From: Ramazzottius varieornatus
Lineage: Eukaryota; Animalia; Tardigrada
Direction: 5' to 3'
Assembly: GCA_001949185.1 (NCBI GenBank)
Contig: BDGG01000004.1
Span: forward strand, 4,676,346 to 4,740,345
DNA: 64,000 nt
The notes beneath the pieces are model-generated. The model did not search any database. It worked only from the letters and a program-made list of their open reading frames with translations, and was not told where the DNA came from. A program made the translations under genes and the position numbers. The first letter of the stretch is position 1. Each line of letters starts with the position of its first letter. Shown piece by piece: positions 10,795 to 23,942 of the stretch.

Positions 10795-13700
10795 CTGCAA
10801 TAAAGAGATAGCACATCCAGTCAGTTCAACGGAAACGGTACCACATTATCGTCCACGCATACAGTAGCAACTCGGTGCCTCGGCGGCCAAACGGACCCTG
10901 ATGAATCCGAGAAGTTAGAAGAAGCGCATACATCGGTTGCGCAAGACCACCGGAAGTTCAAAATTAATAATTCTAGTGGGAATTCCTATACACGGCATGT
11001 AAATGCACCTTCTTTTTGTTGACGTTCCCGTGAACCCCCATATCAAGCTGTCCGGTACTTCTAGCAGAATCTCGATCCCGTACTCCTTTCTCCTAGATCC
11101 AAAAACTGATGGATGGTCTTCATAGAGCGATAAAGATGCGTGTCTGAAAAAGAGCAACGGTGAGTCGGTGACAACATGGACCAAATCAACAGTCTATACG
11201 CAGCTGACAATCAAGTCAATGTGACAGCATCAAGAACATTGCGAATACCCAGTGCCCTTTTGACAGGGGCACCACCGCGCAGAGTGTTCTGCCCGGGGTC
11301 AGCGCTACATTAGCCGCAATTTCTCATTGTTGTTTACCGGCGGCTTGCCGACGGAAGTTTTGCCGCGGTTCTACGGTACGTACAGTACGAGCGCGGCGTA
11401 CTTGACTATGGCGGAGAAGCTCAAGGTCACCTTGAGGCTGACCGTCATCGATAAGAGCCTTGTTTTACTGCCTTGTAAACGTAGTGAAATACGATATGAA
11501 AGAGCAGCACCTCAAGCGGAATTGAGTGACTAAGACGAAGAGGGCGATGAACTGAGACCCACCGAAAGAGCTCTGCGTTGCCTTGGTTCGGATGCAAGTT
11601 GCGGAGCAAGTACGCTGCAACCTCACCAAAGGATCCTACCAAGTGTTGTTCAATATCGAGTTGCCAGCAAATAGTCATCAATTCATACCGCAGCCACATC
11701 AGCTTGTTTACCAGCCTGTGGCCAGCTGACCAGCACACCGTACAGCACGAAGCTTTTACGCTTACATATATACGCAGTTGCTTCCAAGAACTTCCTTGTC
11801 AGTTTTCATTGGCAACTATCGTCCAGAGTGGACAATATTCCCAACTAACGCACGGAATAGAAAGCCGGAAGTCTGGTTTCTATCGCTGGATTCCTCAGTA
11901 TTTGGATGCAAGTGCCTCCAGGTAAGAAGAGGGTTATCTTACCGGCAAACATATCTGAACCTGCAGGGCGTTTCCGGTTTGGGAAATGCTCGTTCCACAC
12001 TTTTGCAAAGATGAATGACGTTAACATGGTTAAAAAATGGGCAGTCTGGAACATGATTTTATCACTTCCAGTTATCAATTATTCCAACCCTAACCGTCGA
12101 TTGTTATTCTGATGGTTATGTGCGTTTGCAGCAGGTGAATGGGATGAAATGTAGGGAAGGCTGGATGGCGTTCAAGGGCAGAAGGTGATGTGTACTTGAA
12201 GGAGGAATGAACAAAGTGGTGAAGCTGGTGTGCTTCACCACGGATGCATAATGTCGTTGGCAGCTGCACCGGGACAGGTTTCTTCTCCATGCAGCAGCCT
12301 CATTAGGCCAAGTTTCATAGATATATTTAGAAGCTAGGATGTAGATGCGTTAGATATTGTGGGTTAGCGCAGGGTAACAGCTTTGTCTTCAGCTAGGACC
12401 AATGTCAATGTCGACGCATGCCGGTACGTGGATGCAGGACAACGTCAACGCCCAGACCGGTCAGCTGAACAAGGTCCGTTACAACGGGTTCCTTCGCGAA
12501 GGATGAACTTGCCCGAGGCGGTCGAACCTGTTTGATGTTGTTGTCGCGCACCTGTCAAGTACTTGTGGGGATCTTGCAATTCAGGCTGCCTCACGTTCAA
12601 CACACGTGTGTCAATACATCAGGCATTTGCATGCTCAGGGTCCACCTTACCGTATATGCAAAGCTAGCCAGTTACGGGTTCCTGGATGAAGGATGCTGTC
12701 GATCGACTCATCCAGAGCACGAGTCACGTGTGTCCGCTTGATCAACGACTACGATCGTCCATGTAACGGCCCTGTTGACGTTTTTGGCACTGTGTAGACA
12801 GCCATACTAGCGTTGTAGTTATTAGGTTTATGGATGCGGACAGTGGAGAGACCTTCGATCTGGGGCTGTTGGCAGGGCTTATCTGCACGTACTATCCGTT
12901 CGATATTTCGACGCTGGTTCAATGGCCTGCATGCCTCTAAATTTTAAAATTGTCTACGAGCTAATAACGACGCATGTACGGCAGTGGCTGCTACGCATTT
13001 CCGCTTGTCCATACGGTATACACTATACATATACCAGCAAGGGAAACGGCAGAAGCAGTCTTGAACAGCCTTAACGACATTCAGTACTCTCCGTAATCAA
13101 TCAACAGGCCAGACAGTCTTTTCTGATTGCCTCTTTATTTCTTCTCTATCCTATCTGCTTTCCTCTCATTTCTTCGGATATTATGGAGAACTTTTGTTGA
13201 TATGCCTCATTGGCGGGAGTAATTACAGGGTTCTGCAGGTAAGACCACTGTTCTGGAAACCTTGCTTGAAAGGTCCGCTTTCTCCGGTCAGGCTGTAAAA
13301 TTCTGCTTCGCTTTGCGGAACAGAGAGGAAGGGTTGTTGGTTGACGAGAGACCTTGTCAGCTGTTTTCGATGAAAGGTTTTGTCGAGGTAGCCTATAGAT
13401 GGGTACCATATCAACATGTTGTGCAAGGTAGGGCCCAACCCAGCAATGACCCGGAAAAGAGTGACGGCTGTGGTGCGATATGAGACCTTGGCTGCGGCTG
13501 TTCACTTGTTTGGCATCCTTGAATTTCGACGAACTAGCCGATGGCCGATGGTCATGTTGACAACATCTTGGCCTTAAACCAAGAGCACCTTCGCAGAAAG
13601 AAGCGCCAGCCATCACTTGCGTCTTTTTCTCTCCGTGCCCACTGCGCGACTGACGATTTGCTACCGTCGTCAATTAGCCGCTGTGCTTTTAGTATATTAA

Positions 13701-14304
13701 AAATCATTGTCAGTAATATTAATGGCCAGACCACCCAAATTCGTTGTGCCCTTCGAATGTGGACAATGCGAAACATGGGCGTTTCCCCCTGGGAACTGCA
13801 GTCAGCTTGTGGCGACCCTGTTGAGTACTGTGTATTGTCATTTCTTGGATTGTCAAGGAGGGTGTCTTCGTGAGTAACCACGCGTACGATAAGTAATAAC
13901 AGCAGCCGTAAAGTGACTGCCCACGGCATATTTCATTACAGCCAAGGAAGGATCTCTCTGCAGTATACAGCGGCTTGTGGGTGAATGACATGACATGGTG
14001 GTAGCCAAGGCAACCCAGCTATCTCGCTGATATGCTTGTTGAGATATTTAGTGATGGTATTAAGGACGACATACTTGGCCTGCATGATCACAAATGGATA
14101 GCGTGGACCATGGACATGATCCACTTATTGCTCGCCCTATTTAGCGGTCATTTCTCTCTGTGTTCATTACGGACTGTATATTCAAGAGATTGCTCGAAAC
14201 CTCACCTTGCCACATTTTCCAGCAGTTGCCTTGAAAAACACGCGCTTTATATACCGCTGTATGGTCGAGAATTTAAACACGCAAAACGCACAAGATTGGC
14301 ATCT

Positions 14305-14353
14305 CAAGTGACGCACGTTTACCTTGTTACTGGCTGGAAGGGTGCGCCACTCA
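14305..14353. repeat. Palindromic element core, copy 3
   Basis: CAAGTGACGCAC-N25-GTGCGCCACTCA. Confidence 0.85.
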
Positions 14354-15661
14354 AGTTTGCCCTGTTGTACTTTATTTTGCTCAGCATGATTACATTATAC
14401 ACGTAGAAGGTGTCGGAGGGGGCGGAGCGTAGCATACAAATTTTGGCGAACAGGGCGTATGGTGAGAACAGTTTATTACAGATAGTTGCAGTTGGGCGTG
14501 AAGAGCCAACGAGTTCAAGACGACGTGTTAGTGCCAAGTACAGTCAAACGTTTTACGATATGCTTGTGGCTTATCTTTACGAGGGAGAAGTGAGAATCAC
14601 TGTCTGCGAGAGTGACAGAAAGGCCTTGGTAAAAAAAAGATGCGACCTGCGATGGAAGCACGTTAGAAAATGTGCTGATGGTCCGTGTGATGCGGTGTAG
14701 GTGGCCGGCAATACTGATGGTCGCGGTTAGGCGGTCAAGCAGATACTGATCGAAGTGGCCAACGCGCAAATGGGCAAGGTTAGACCTTGTAGCGAGCAAG
14801 AGGTACGTTTCGTAGTACAGGAACGAAGAAGGCGGCGGAAGTGCCACATGCAAAGATGTAGCAACAAACGTAGGGCACAAGGTCGCAAGTCTTTCTGCAC
14901 GTCTAATTGGATCAAGGCAGACGCACGACACACTTGTATATATCTTACACGACATCTTTCAGTTGGGCAAAGCGTCACCTCCATGTCTAGCGTTCTCGTT
15001 ACTTGTCGGTCGTCTCTCGGAAAGCAGAACAAAAACCAGGAGCTGCCTGAAGGCAGGACATGCTTCGTAACGGCATCTATAGTCTTTGGCGGACGAACAC
15101 ACACCTCACATGGCGGCCATATACAACAGAATCGTAATGGTGATCAAGTGTGAAGGTTATTTTGATAATAAAGCGCTACAGAGCCGTATGGCGGAAGTGT
15201 AGCAACGTTTCAAGGTCTTTTGACGAAGCAACGAACTCTCGAGTCAGCAAATAGCCAGCCTAACAGGTAACGTGGCATCTTCTTGCTTGCATAGGCTTTG
15301 TCCTTGACAGGTGAAATAGCCGTGTCCTTCCTGCTAGCATCGCTGACGTCGCCATAATGTTGATGCTACAGCGCGGCTGACCGCTGTCAGCCGACCACTC
15401 GCTCACTTGCTCGTCCGAGTGCCTGCCGTAACTAATGGTACGACCAGTCTACAACCATTCAGGGCCGTTCCGCGTCGAGGTCTCGTTCCATCTTCCCGCT
15501 TGACTCTCGTCGGCTTCTCCATATACCTATGTGTTGCAAACTTTTCCTTGAATTCAGGATTATCCTTATAAGATTACATTAAGCAACTGAATATTCTATG
15601 ATAAGGTTAGCTAACTTCTCGCTCTTGTCTAATAATGATCGTTGCCTTGGTCAGCCTTTAA

Positions 15662-15706
15662 AATATTCCAACGGAATATTCCAACAGAATATTCCAACAG
15701 AATATT
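15662..15706 (+). repeat. Short tandem repeat of a 13-mer (AATATTCCAACRG, ~3.5 copies) just upstream of a splice acceptor
   Basis: aatattccaacgg aatattccaacag aatattccaacag aatatt. Confidence 0.7.
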
Positions 15707-15743
15707 TCATTGTTTTGCAGGTGTATAATTTCAAAGAGACAAG

Positions 15744-17843
15744 ATGGTGCATATAAGCATGGAAGGAGAGGCAAGCCCGGGAGCTCTCGTGATGGCCCAC
15801 GAAGCTTCTTCCCCACGAGACTTGAAGTATAGCGGCAATGGCGCAGTGGTGTATCGTAGTGAGAGTCGCATGTCGCTGGAAGGGACCAGCGAAGAAGAGG
15901 ACTCGGGCTTCCGTGATCGTTCGCACAGTGATACCAAGACTTCCTCATCGGACGTCTCCTTCCCCAGCGCCAGCCCCAAGTCCGAAGGCTTCTCCTCCTC
16001 ACCCAACAGTCTCTCCCACGACGATGCCCGAACTTCACCGCGAGCCCGGGCTGTGCTGGACTTGAGCATGACGAGTCCCTTCAAAAAGCGAGGAAAGAAG
16101 GATCATCAAGCTCGTCGGGCTTCCTTCTCCCACGCCCTGGTTCCTCCCTACAGTCCCCTCTCCTCCAGCGCTTCCATATCATCTTCCTCCAGCAGTTCAC
16201 CATCCGTCTCACCATCCGCAGCCATCCACGCTCATCCACCCTCTCATCATAGTCGTCCGATGGAAGAAGTCTCCATCCACGATATCGCCAAAGAAGTCGT
16301 CGATCGTCGATCTCTCCATGGGGGACCATCCACCAGCTACCACTCGCCACGCACCGCTCCCTTACCGCCTACAGCCACAGCGGCCCACGGTGGCTCCTCC
16401 TTCGACTTGCCCAAGAACTTTTACGGCTACTACGTCTATCAGCTGGAGCTGGCCAGTCGCGCTTCTCATCGCCAGCAAAGCCTCAACAACCTAGCTAGTA
16501 ACCCTCAATCGCCTCGTTCGACTCCGCCTCTCTCATCCACAGGTACCAAAGTCGGTAACAGCCGCAATGACGACGAGACGGTCAGCTATGGATCTCTGTT
16601 GGAACAAGCGCTGCGCAATGGTTTGAAGCGTAGTCCTTCCGAAGTTCCTTCCACACCACATGCGGACAAGCGCTTGAAGAGCAGTAGCACTGCCACTCCG
16701 CCACCGCCCTCTGTCGGCCACGGTCCTCGGCAACCCTCGTCCACCTCTCAGCAGATCAGCGTCGAGGATGTAGCCAAGACCAGTTTGCGGGAGCTGCTGC
16801 ATTCGAAACAGATGCAGGAAGCCAAGGCCCATCAGCAGCACATGTCGGCGTTCGTCAACGCCACCGGAAGTAACTCCCGCGGGACTAGTCGCAGTTCCTC
16901 TCCTTCGGTCAATCTCAAGACCTTGTTGGAGACACAAAGTCGGGAAGCCTCGAAAGGCCCAGCTTCTTCATCGGCCATGGGGTTCACCCCTGTCTATCCC
17001 AAGTATGGGCAGTCACTCATGACTGGTGGTGGCCGATACAACGCCAATGTTCCTACTGGTCAAGCTCCGCTAATCTATCCTCACGTCTTCAACCGTTCCT
17101 CCAGCCCGCCACCACAAACCCGCGGACCGGAAGGAGCTTCAGCATCTTCCATGTTTCTCGGTTCTTTCCAGTCACAAATGCCCGCTGGTGCTGGTACTGG
17201 TACTGGTAGTGGTAGTGGTAGTGGTAGTGGTAGTGGTAGCTTCAAGCATAAGAAGCTGCTGGAATGGAGCGCCAACGATGTCCGCGACTGGATTTCTACC
17301 CTTTCGTATTGCTCAGAATTCGCTGATGTAAGCCATAGCTACTTCCTCTGCTAATTTTCAGAGCTGAAAATTGATCTATCTATTCTTCTGCTTGATAGGC
17401 ATTCGTGCAGCAATCGGTGGACGGAGTGGCATTGACGCTTCTCAACGAAACTCATCTCATGAAAAACTTTCAAATGAAATTAGGTACGTCTGTGCAGACA
17501 ATGAATGAGAGGCCAACAGAAATTATGTACAAGGTCGTTGTATCAAGTGGCGCACGCTTCCAGCAAGCAACACTGAGACTGTGCGCCACTTGTAAATCTT
17601 GTACATTTCGTTTTCCGAGCTCCCATATGTTTCAACCAAGAACATTAACCAGTTGCAATATGCTCTGTTTTTGTGGTAGGTCCGGCCATCAAGTTGCGCT
17701 GTGCAATATGGGAGATTTTGGGCCTGTGCCAGACGGCGCAGATGCCCATGCCACTGGGTCCCATGCCGCAGTTCCTTGGTCAGAAGCAACTTCCGATGGC
17801 TTTCCCTCTTCCTCAACACCATGCCTCGATGAGCAAACAGTAA
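15744..17843 (+). CDS. SAM-domain protein of the Ph/Scm/Samuel (SAMD7/11)-like type with a long disordered N-terminus (~610 aa)
   Basis: Exons 15744-17327, 17399-17483 and 17680-17843. C-terminal SAM domain LLEWSANDVRDWISTLSYCSEFADAFVQQSVDGVALTLLNETHLMKNFQMKLGPAIKL. A (GGTAGT)n Gly-Ser linker lies at ~17185-17240. Confidence 0.88.
17544..17592. repeat. Palindromic element core, copy 4 (SAM gene intron)
   Basis: Perfect arms: CAAGTGGCGCAC-N25-GTGCGCCACTTG. Confidence 0.9.
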
Positions 17844-18399
17844 AGGACAACTCTCCGTCTGTCCCGTCCCGTCTGTCGAGTGCGTGGTGCTTTTGATCTT
17901 CTTTCCCGGTGTCCAACCAGTCCTCCATACTAAAGATTAGGTACTGTATAACGAACTGCGGGTCATGATATAGATACAATGTGGACATTTGTTTGCACAA
18001 CTACAAGTTTTAAGTATAGATTAATTTGTTGTATGCATGATTGAATATGGTGAAAACTAACTTCCGGTTGACTGTTGTGTTTTTGTTGTTTGATAACAAA
18101 ATTTAATGTATGCGCCAAGCTGACGTTTTCAAAGACTTCACTTTCGTTCCTTGTTTTTATTTTCTACTAGACTTTCCTTGTTGATTTCGAATGTTTCTCT
18201 CATTCGCGCCGAGCGAAGTTGTAGTATATTCTGATTGGTAAATGCTATCTACCACGAATATAACCATCAGTTACAAGAAACTATTCCGCCGTAAATGCTT
18301 TGTACCGAGGTTCGGAGTCGGGAAACTGGCACACATGTAGGTACACATTCGGACGAACAGAAGGGACACAGCAGGAAAACCAAAGCTGATAAGCAGGGA

Positions 18400-21300
18400 G
18401 ATTGCAAGGAAGAGTTTTCACCATCGCACCTACCACACTCCACCCGAACTATGGAAGATTCAACGACAAATTGGCAACTAACGAAAGACTCAACAGGAAC
18501 TGGATAAACTTTGGCACACTTGTTTGAGCACTACTATTGGCACAATTTCCTTCGAGCATTTGGTGCTACCACAACGTCACACTGGAAATGAAGGAAAAAA
18601 GGCGTTAAAAGACCATCACTGCCATCAGAAACATGCTGGCCAACAGGGAAACTTGCCCGCAGATTGCCCCATTGGATGGTCCGACGCTCCAGAAACTTTT
18701 CAGCATCTTCACGGTGAATGAAGGACAAGTAACAGAAAGGTCCACGAAGAAAGATATCGTCCAGCTACAACAAGAACCATACGTAGCCACACTCATGACC
18801 AGCAAGACGGATCGCAAACCCACCTGCTTCGGCAGCTTTCTTTCAAGCTTGGCAATGATCTCAGCGCGAATATACCTCGCTGGCAAACCTTTCAACATGA
18901 CATCAAAGCGACCCATGTGATTGGCGTCCGTCAGTAGCTCATTCTGCAAGGTAGGAGAATCTATATGTATACAGGAACCCGGCAAAGAAACTCGACAAGA
19001 TCGTTTCTCCAAGTGACGCACGCTTCTAGCTAGATATACTGATAATGTGCGCCACTTGAGTAGACAATCTTGTCGTGGCGAGCTCTGTATTAGACATTAT
19101 CACAACTTACCTTTTTGGTGGAGAGTGACAGGAAGAGGCGTCGCTTGTCCATTTCCTCGTTCTGTAACTCTGCGTAAGCCGCGGCAGCTGCGCGCGCTGA
19201 ACCGAAGGTGATATGGGCAAACTCGCTGTTTGTGTGGTAGGAAGACTTCCGCACATAGACACGGCGAGGACCGTATCGCAAGAAGAGATGTTTGATACGA
19301 GCGTGGCCCGTCCCATCCCGAATCTCACCAACGTACACCGAACTACAATAGTCACCGGACTGCTCTTGCTCTGGCTTGATTACCATCAAGACGGCGACGG
19401 ATACTCACTCTTGTCCGTCGACAGGGTTGTGCATCTCTCGCTGCGCTTCGGCGTGCTGGGAGCTGCATCTCTCTTCGAGTTCTCCCTCTTCCTCTCCTTC
19501 TGTCACGGACATAACACCCTTATTCGAGGTCGAAAGCACCCAAGCAAGTTTGGCAAATTTACCGGATCGACTTACTGGAGTTAGGTGGGGAAAGTCGATG
19601 GTCAATAACCAGTCTTCGCTGATCATCGTTAGAGTTCGAATCGTCCGAATGGCGCCTCCTGTAATGAAAGACGGCTACAACATAATACTCACTTCCCCTC
19701 AGATGTTTTTAAGAGAGTTTTAAATGTTCGTGTACTTGCGGCTTGACTGTCCAAAGGAACCTTGTTTATTGCGACGTTCAGCTCGGCGCTGCGAGAAGCA
19801 TAAACTGGGACGTTCACGGGAAATGGACGTGCTGTTCTTGTCCGACTGGGGCTTGTCAACTTGCGCAGCCTGCCCTAAAGACGGCAAGATCGAAGTTACA
19901 GAACCATAACGTCCATACGGACGGAAAGCAGCAAAGGCTTCCTACATGTTTGATGTGGCCTATCGGTGAGGTTTTGCGCTGCCTTGATCGTACTCAAATG
20001 GGCATGCATCGACTGCTCTGCCGGCAGACTTACGCCTGCAGCGCTGGTCAGTGCAGGGAAATCGGAGGAAGGTTTGGCGGGGTAGTCAACAGAATCCCGG
20101 GCTAGAAAACCTTGTTGTTTGAGGAGGAGAGCGCGTACAAAGTCTTGTTCCTTCAATGCCTGTTCACACTGCTGCTGGTAGCTGGCCGGGATACCTTGGT
20201 AGCGAGGACGGCAGCGCGGATCGCGCGGTGGTGTCGGACTGGGACACCTACATAGTGCCCACACGTTGATATGCTGTTATTACATTTCTGAGCCTCATGC
20301 GGTAAAGCCGCAGGTTTGTTATTCTCATGTGGTTTTGTCATAATCGGCACTCGGCAAAATTGTTTCTCCAAGTGGCGCATATTACCACTGTTCTTGGCCG
20401 CAAAAGTGCGCCGCTTGGAGAAGTGATCTTGTCGAATGAGTTTATTTGTTGCTTCCTTAACGGCTCTATTTTTGTCATTATTCACCAAGTTTAATATCTG
20501 ACAGTTTACTAATTTTCCTCCGATTTCCATCAGCAAATTTTCTTACTCACGTCGTGACAGTGATTGGCGTAGGCAAGAGTGGTCCGGTTCGCTCAGATGC
20601 CGACGGATGCTGTTGCGATTCCACAGGTTCCACTTTAATCTCTGGTGGCAGCGGAGGGCTTTGCACGCTGAAGGACATGCCCGGCAGCGTCATCACCGGC
20701 TTCTCGGGACCTACTGGAAAGATGGCAGGCTCAACATCGGGCTGCACTGTGCTAGGGACAGTAGCCACTGGAGTCGCAGCTGGAGTTGCAACGGGAGAGG
20801 TGACTGTTGGTGTGGCAGGTGGCGTCATGGTCAGCGTTGAGGGGGGCGGCGGCGAGGCCATGACTGCGACTGGAAGCGCCACCGGAAATGGACGGGGCTT
20901 CTCAACCGCCATGGCTTGCCGGCTAGCCACGTCTTCCTGCAATTAACAACAGTAAACTATTCTGGCTATATATGGCGATAATTGGCAAACGGATCGTTCC
21001 GGTTACACTGTACCTTCAATCCTTTGATTAGGTAGCTGCGGATGACCGGCTGAGCTCGCCGATACAGCTCCGTCTGGGCGTCTGTCAGGTCGAAACCCAT
21101 GAACTTGCCGCACTGTTTGCCACACAGAGCGTTGACGAACCCACTCTACAAAGAAACCAAACCATATTAGTATAGCCGATCGACAGAGGACTAAATTCTT
21201 ACCAGCTTGGTGGTTGGCGCTTTCTTCTCCTTCGTGGCGCTACTTTCAAAACGAAAGGGATCAAAGCAGTTGTCGGTCGAAGAAGGCCTAAAGTGAATTT

Positions 21301-22433
21301 CACGATTAGCAAAAGCTATGGATATTAGTAAGCGAAGCACGCGACAAAGTTACCCGTATAGCGGTGACGTTAGGGGAGTAGAAAAGAGCTCGATGGTGGA
21401 CATCAGTCGGACGAAGACAGTACCCACGTTATCGCTACTCTTCTCATCCAGAATCCACGAGAGGACTACCAGTTTCTGCGTACCATCAAACTGGCATCAA
21501 GGACAACGTTCAGCCTCAATGATCGAAAGCTGGGAGCTCGGCAAACAAACTCCGTAAGATTATTCCCCAAGTGGCGGACGTTCGCGATGTTATTGGCTGG
21601 AAACGTGCGCCACTTGGCAAAACGATCATCTTGCCGAGTTCGTTCGCATAGGTATCTGATGATCGGTCTGCTCACATACTTACCCATATGGACAGATGCT
21701 CCGATAGCTTGTAGTTGGGCGCTAGCTGAGCGCCATGATGCCATACATCAACAGCTAGAAGCGTTGCGAACCACAGCGCCGGCTTAGACAGCACATTTTT
21801 CTACCAGGAGATGAAAGTCTTATTATCGAAGGCAGAAGAATGGAAAAAGACGGTCGGAAAAATATGAGTGATATACCAGGATAAAGTACTCCCTCAGTAA
21901 GAGGAGACCATTCCTCGCCGACGATTCTTCGGTGCGCGACATCAACGTTCTGGTAGCTTCCGGGTGTGAGAATAATATCTCAACGGTGCCTAGAAGGTTC
22001 TCGCCTTTCTCGTCGCGAAAGAGAACCGTGATGGAAGACTGACCCACGTTGACTGTGCATAAGCACCGGACCGCCGGGTTCAGATCGATGGAAGTCGTCT
22101 CGAAGTAGCCCTGGAAGACATAAATCACATCATTCATAACAAATGAAAAATGGTCAAAAGTGAGCGTACGGTCAAGGCTCGTTCCAAGTGACGCGCCAAT
22201 AGCGGTAGTAGGTCCATCAAGGTTGACTTGTGGAGGAAGACAAAGAGTCTGCCATGCAGTGGCGGGAAGGGGTGTAGTGCCAGCGCCAGTTCGCCCAGGA
22301 GGGGAAACGAAGCGGCAATCAGCTTGTCGCCGACTGTTGCGCGCTCTTTCAACACAGGTGAAGTCATTGTCTCCACTTCCGCCCGCGCCAAACATTCGTT
22401 GACTACACCGAAACAACCCAGCACCGTTCCCAT
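18400..22433 (-). CDS. Multi-exon protein with a Pro/Thr-rich linker and C-terminal RRM domain(s); boundaries approximate
   Basis: Chain of open exons with GT-AG junctions (about 22169-22433, 21890-22111, 21013-21147, 20551-20937 and 19110-19342). The RRM-like exon reads SVYVGEIRDGTGHARIKHLFLRYG...FAHITFGSARAAAAAYAELQNEEMDKRRLFLSLS. A second RRM-like start is FDVMLKGLPARY. Confidence 0.6.
19010..19058. repeat. Palindromic element core, copy 5 (RRM gene intron)
   Basis: CAAGTGACGCAC-N25-GTGCGCCACTTG, with left outer arm CGGCAAAGAAACTCGACAAGATCG. Confidence 0.9.
20369..20417. repeat. Palindromic element core, copy 6 (RRM gene intron)
   Basis: CAAGTGGCGCAT-N25-GTGCGCCGCTTG. Confidence 0.9.
21568..21616. 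repeat. Palindromic element core, copy 7 (RRM gene intron)
   Basis: CAAGTGGCGGAC-N25-GTGCGCCACTTG, with outer arms CTCGGCAAAC...TTGCCGAG. Confidence 0.9.
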
Positions 22434-22859
22434 CTACAAGTTGCAGATACATTCATATCCGAATTTCGTGTGACCACCTCTGTACGATTTCAACAAATGT
22501 TATTCCATAATCCGAAAGATCGGACTCTCATCGAACGGAAATGTAGAGTAACGGTTACCTAGATTTTAGATTGCCATACAGTACCTCGGCCTTTTTGGAA
22601 GCGAACCAGCAGCTCTTTAGTTTCTCCAGACAGTAGTACTTGTTGTAATGCTCCGAAGTCAGATCACAGTAACGAGTGCAGTACGAAGTCTGCTCAAAGG
22701 AAGAAGCCTACTAAGCTTAGTATGGATGGAGGAAGATAAAGCACGTGACTGGTGTAACGGGTCATTAGCCATAACCGGAAGTCAGACCAGGAGTCAGATT
22801 TCTTACAGCACGAAGAACATAATGGTCATTCCTTTACGGTGGATTAAGTTGTCAATACT

Positions 22860-23942
22860 GACCTGCTCAACTGAGAGAGCCATACAGTTGGCTAACATCT
22901 TTTGCTCTGCTGGATTCTTGCTCAAGTATTCCCTGCCCATCGCCGAAAAAACTCGAGCTCGTTCCTTGCTGGCCCGTTGCTCAGCCGTCCTGTCTCAATC
23001 AAACCAACACACTTGATTATAAAGTGCATCGTAATTAGGTTATCTAGCACAATGCCGACATTATGCTCACAGGACTGCTTGAAAGATGTGCTCGTCAGCT
23101 TGGAAGGTCCGCAGCTGAAACGGCATCCACTCTTCCAGGCAAGCCACGGCGTTGCCAAAAGGGGAGACAAGCTTGGGAAAAGTCTTGGTCAGCAAGATGC
23201 AGTCGATGCGGGCTGCATTGGTCCGCACCGGCTGACGATCGGGAGAGATCCATTCGCCCTTCAACCACGGCGACTCGTACCATTTCTCCTCCAGCACTTG
23301 ACCAAAGTAATCCTGGAAGGCTCGGGCGCCCTCCTTGAATTGTCCATGCAGCCCTTGCATGCTTCCTTGCCTGCAAGCGGAAGCGCATGATACATCACCA
23401 AGAAAGATGATGCGGAAGGCATCAGTCACGTCATCTTACCGTTGGCGCAGACAGATCACTTCGCAAGGCCGACAAGGTGCATTCAACCTCCCAACGTCTA
23501 CGCAGCTGATCGAGGCATCCTGCCTGACGTGTAAAGGTGAAATTGGTTCGTGATGATGTACCCAATAAGTAAGTACAACCTTGAACCTGCAACACCAATA
23601 ATTTCCCTAAAGATGGTTTGACATGCGACCCACATCGATATATTCGTACCGCTCTTTGCACTGGGGCCTTGGCAATGCGCGATGCTCCGGTTGACGACAC
23701 TAAGCACTGAGTAAAACACCGAAATGACTGGAAATCTTCACAACAGGTTTCAATTATCAAACCGTCCAGGTTCCAGAAGTACCAGATCAAGAAGAAGAAA
23801 GCATCGTCCGCCGAGAAACTGAAAAAGAGATTGGGTTAACTGCAGTACCGCTTCGCTCCGGTCGAGCTGCAGGCCTGATGCCGCGTCGTCCCATATGGTA
23901 ATACACTTAGACGAGGCGGAATTTGCGACACTGCTGGCCATA
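22860..23942 (-). pseudogene. Decayed coding sequence of unknown family
   Basis: Protein-like stretches (MASSVANS..., FQDYFGQVLEEKWYESPWLKGEW..., RVFSAMGREYLSKNPAEQKMLANCMAL) are interrupted by several in-frame stops without obvious introns. Confidence 0.35.

Noticed and set aside
11300-15200. Numerous short overlapping ORFs as genes
   Set aside because: No recognisable domains or consistent exon chain. The region may hold UTR exons or decayed sequence, but I cannot support a call.
19343-19409. In-frame TGA before the RRM as readthrough or selenocysteine
   Set aside because: The TGA lies within a GTGAGT donor of a short intron ending TTGTAG, and splicing restores the frame (D-SVYVG).
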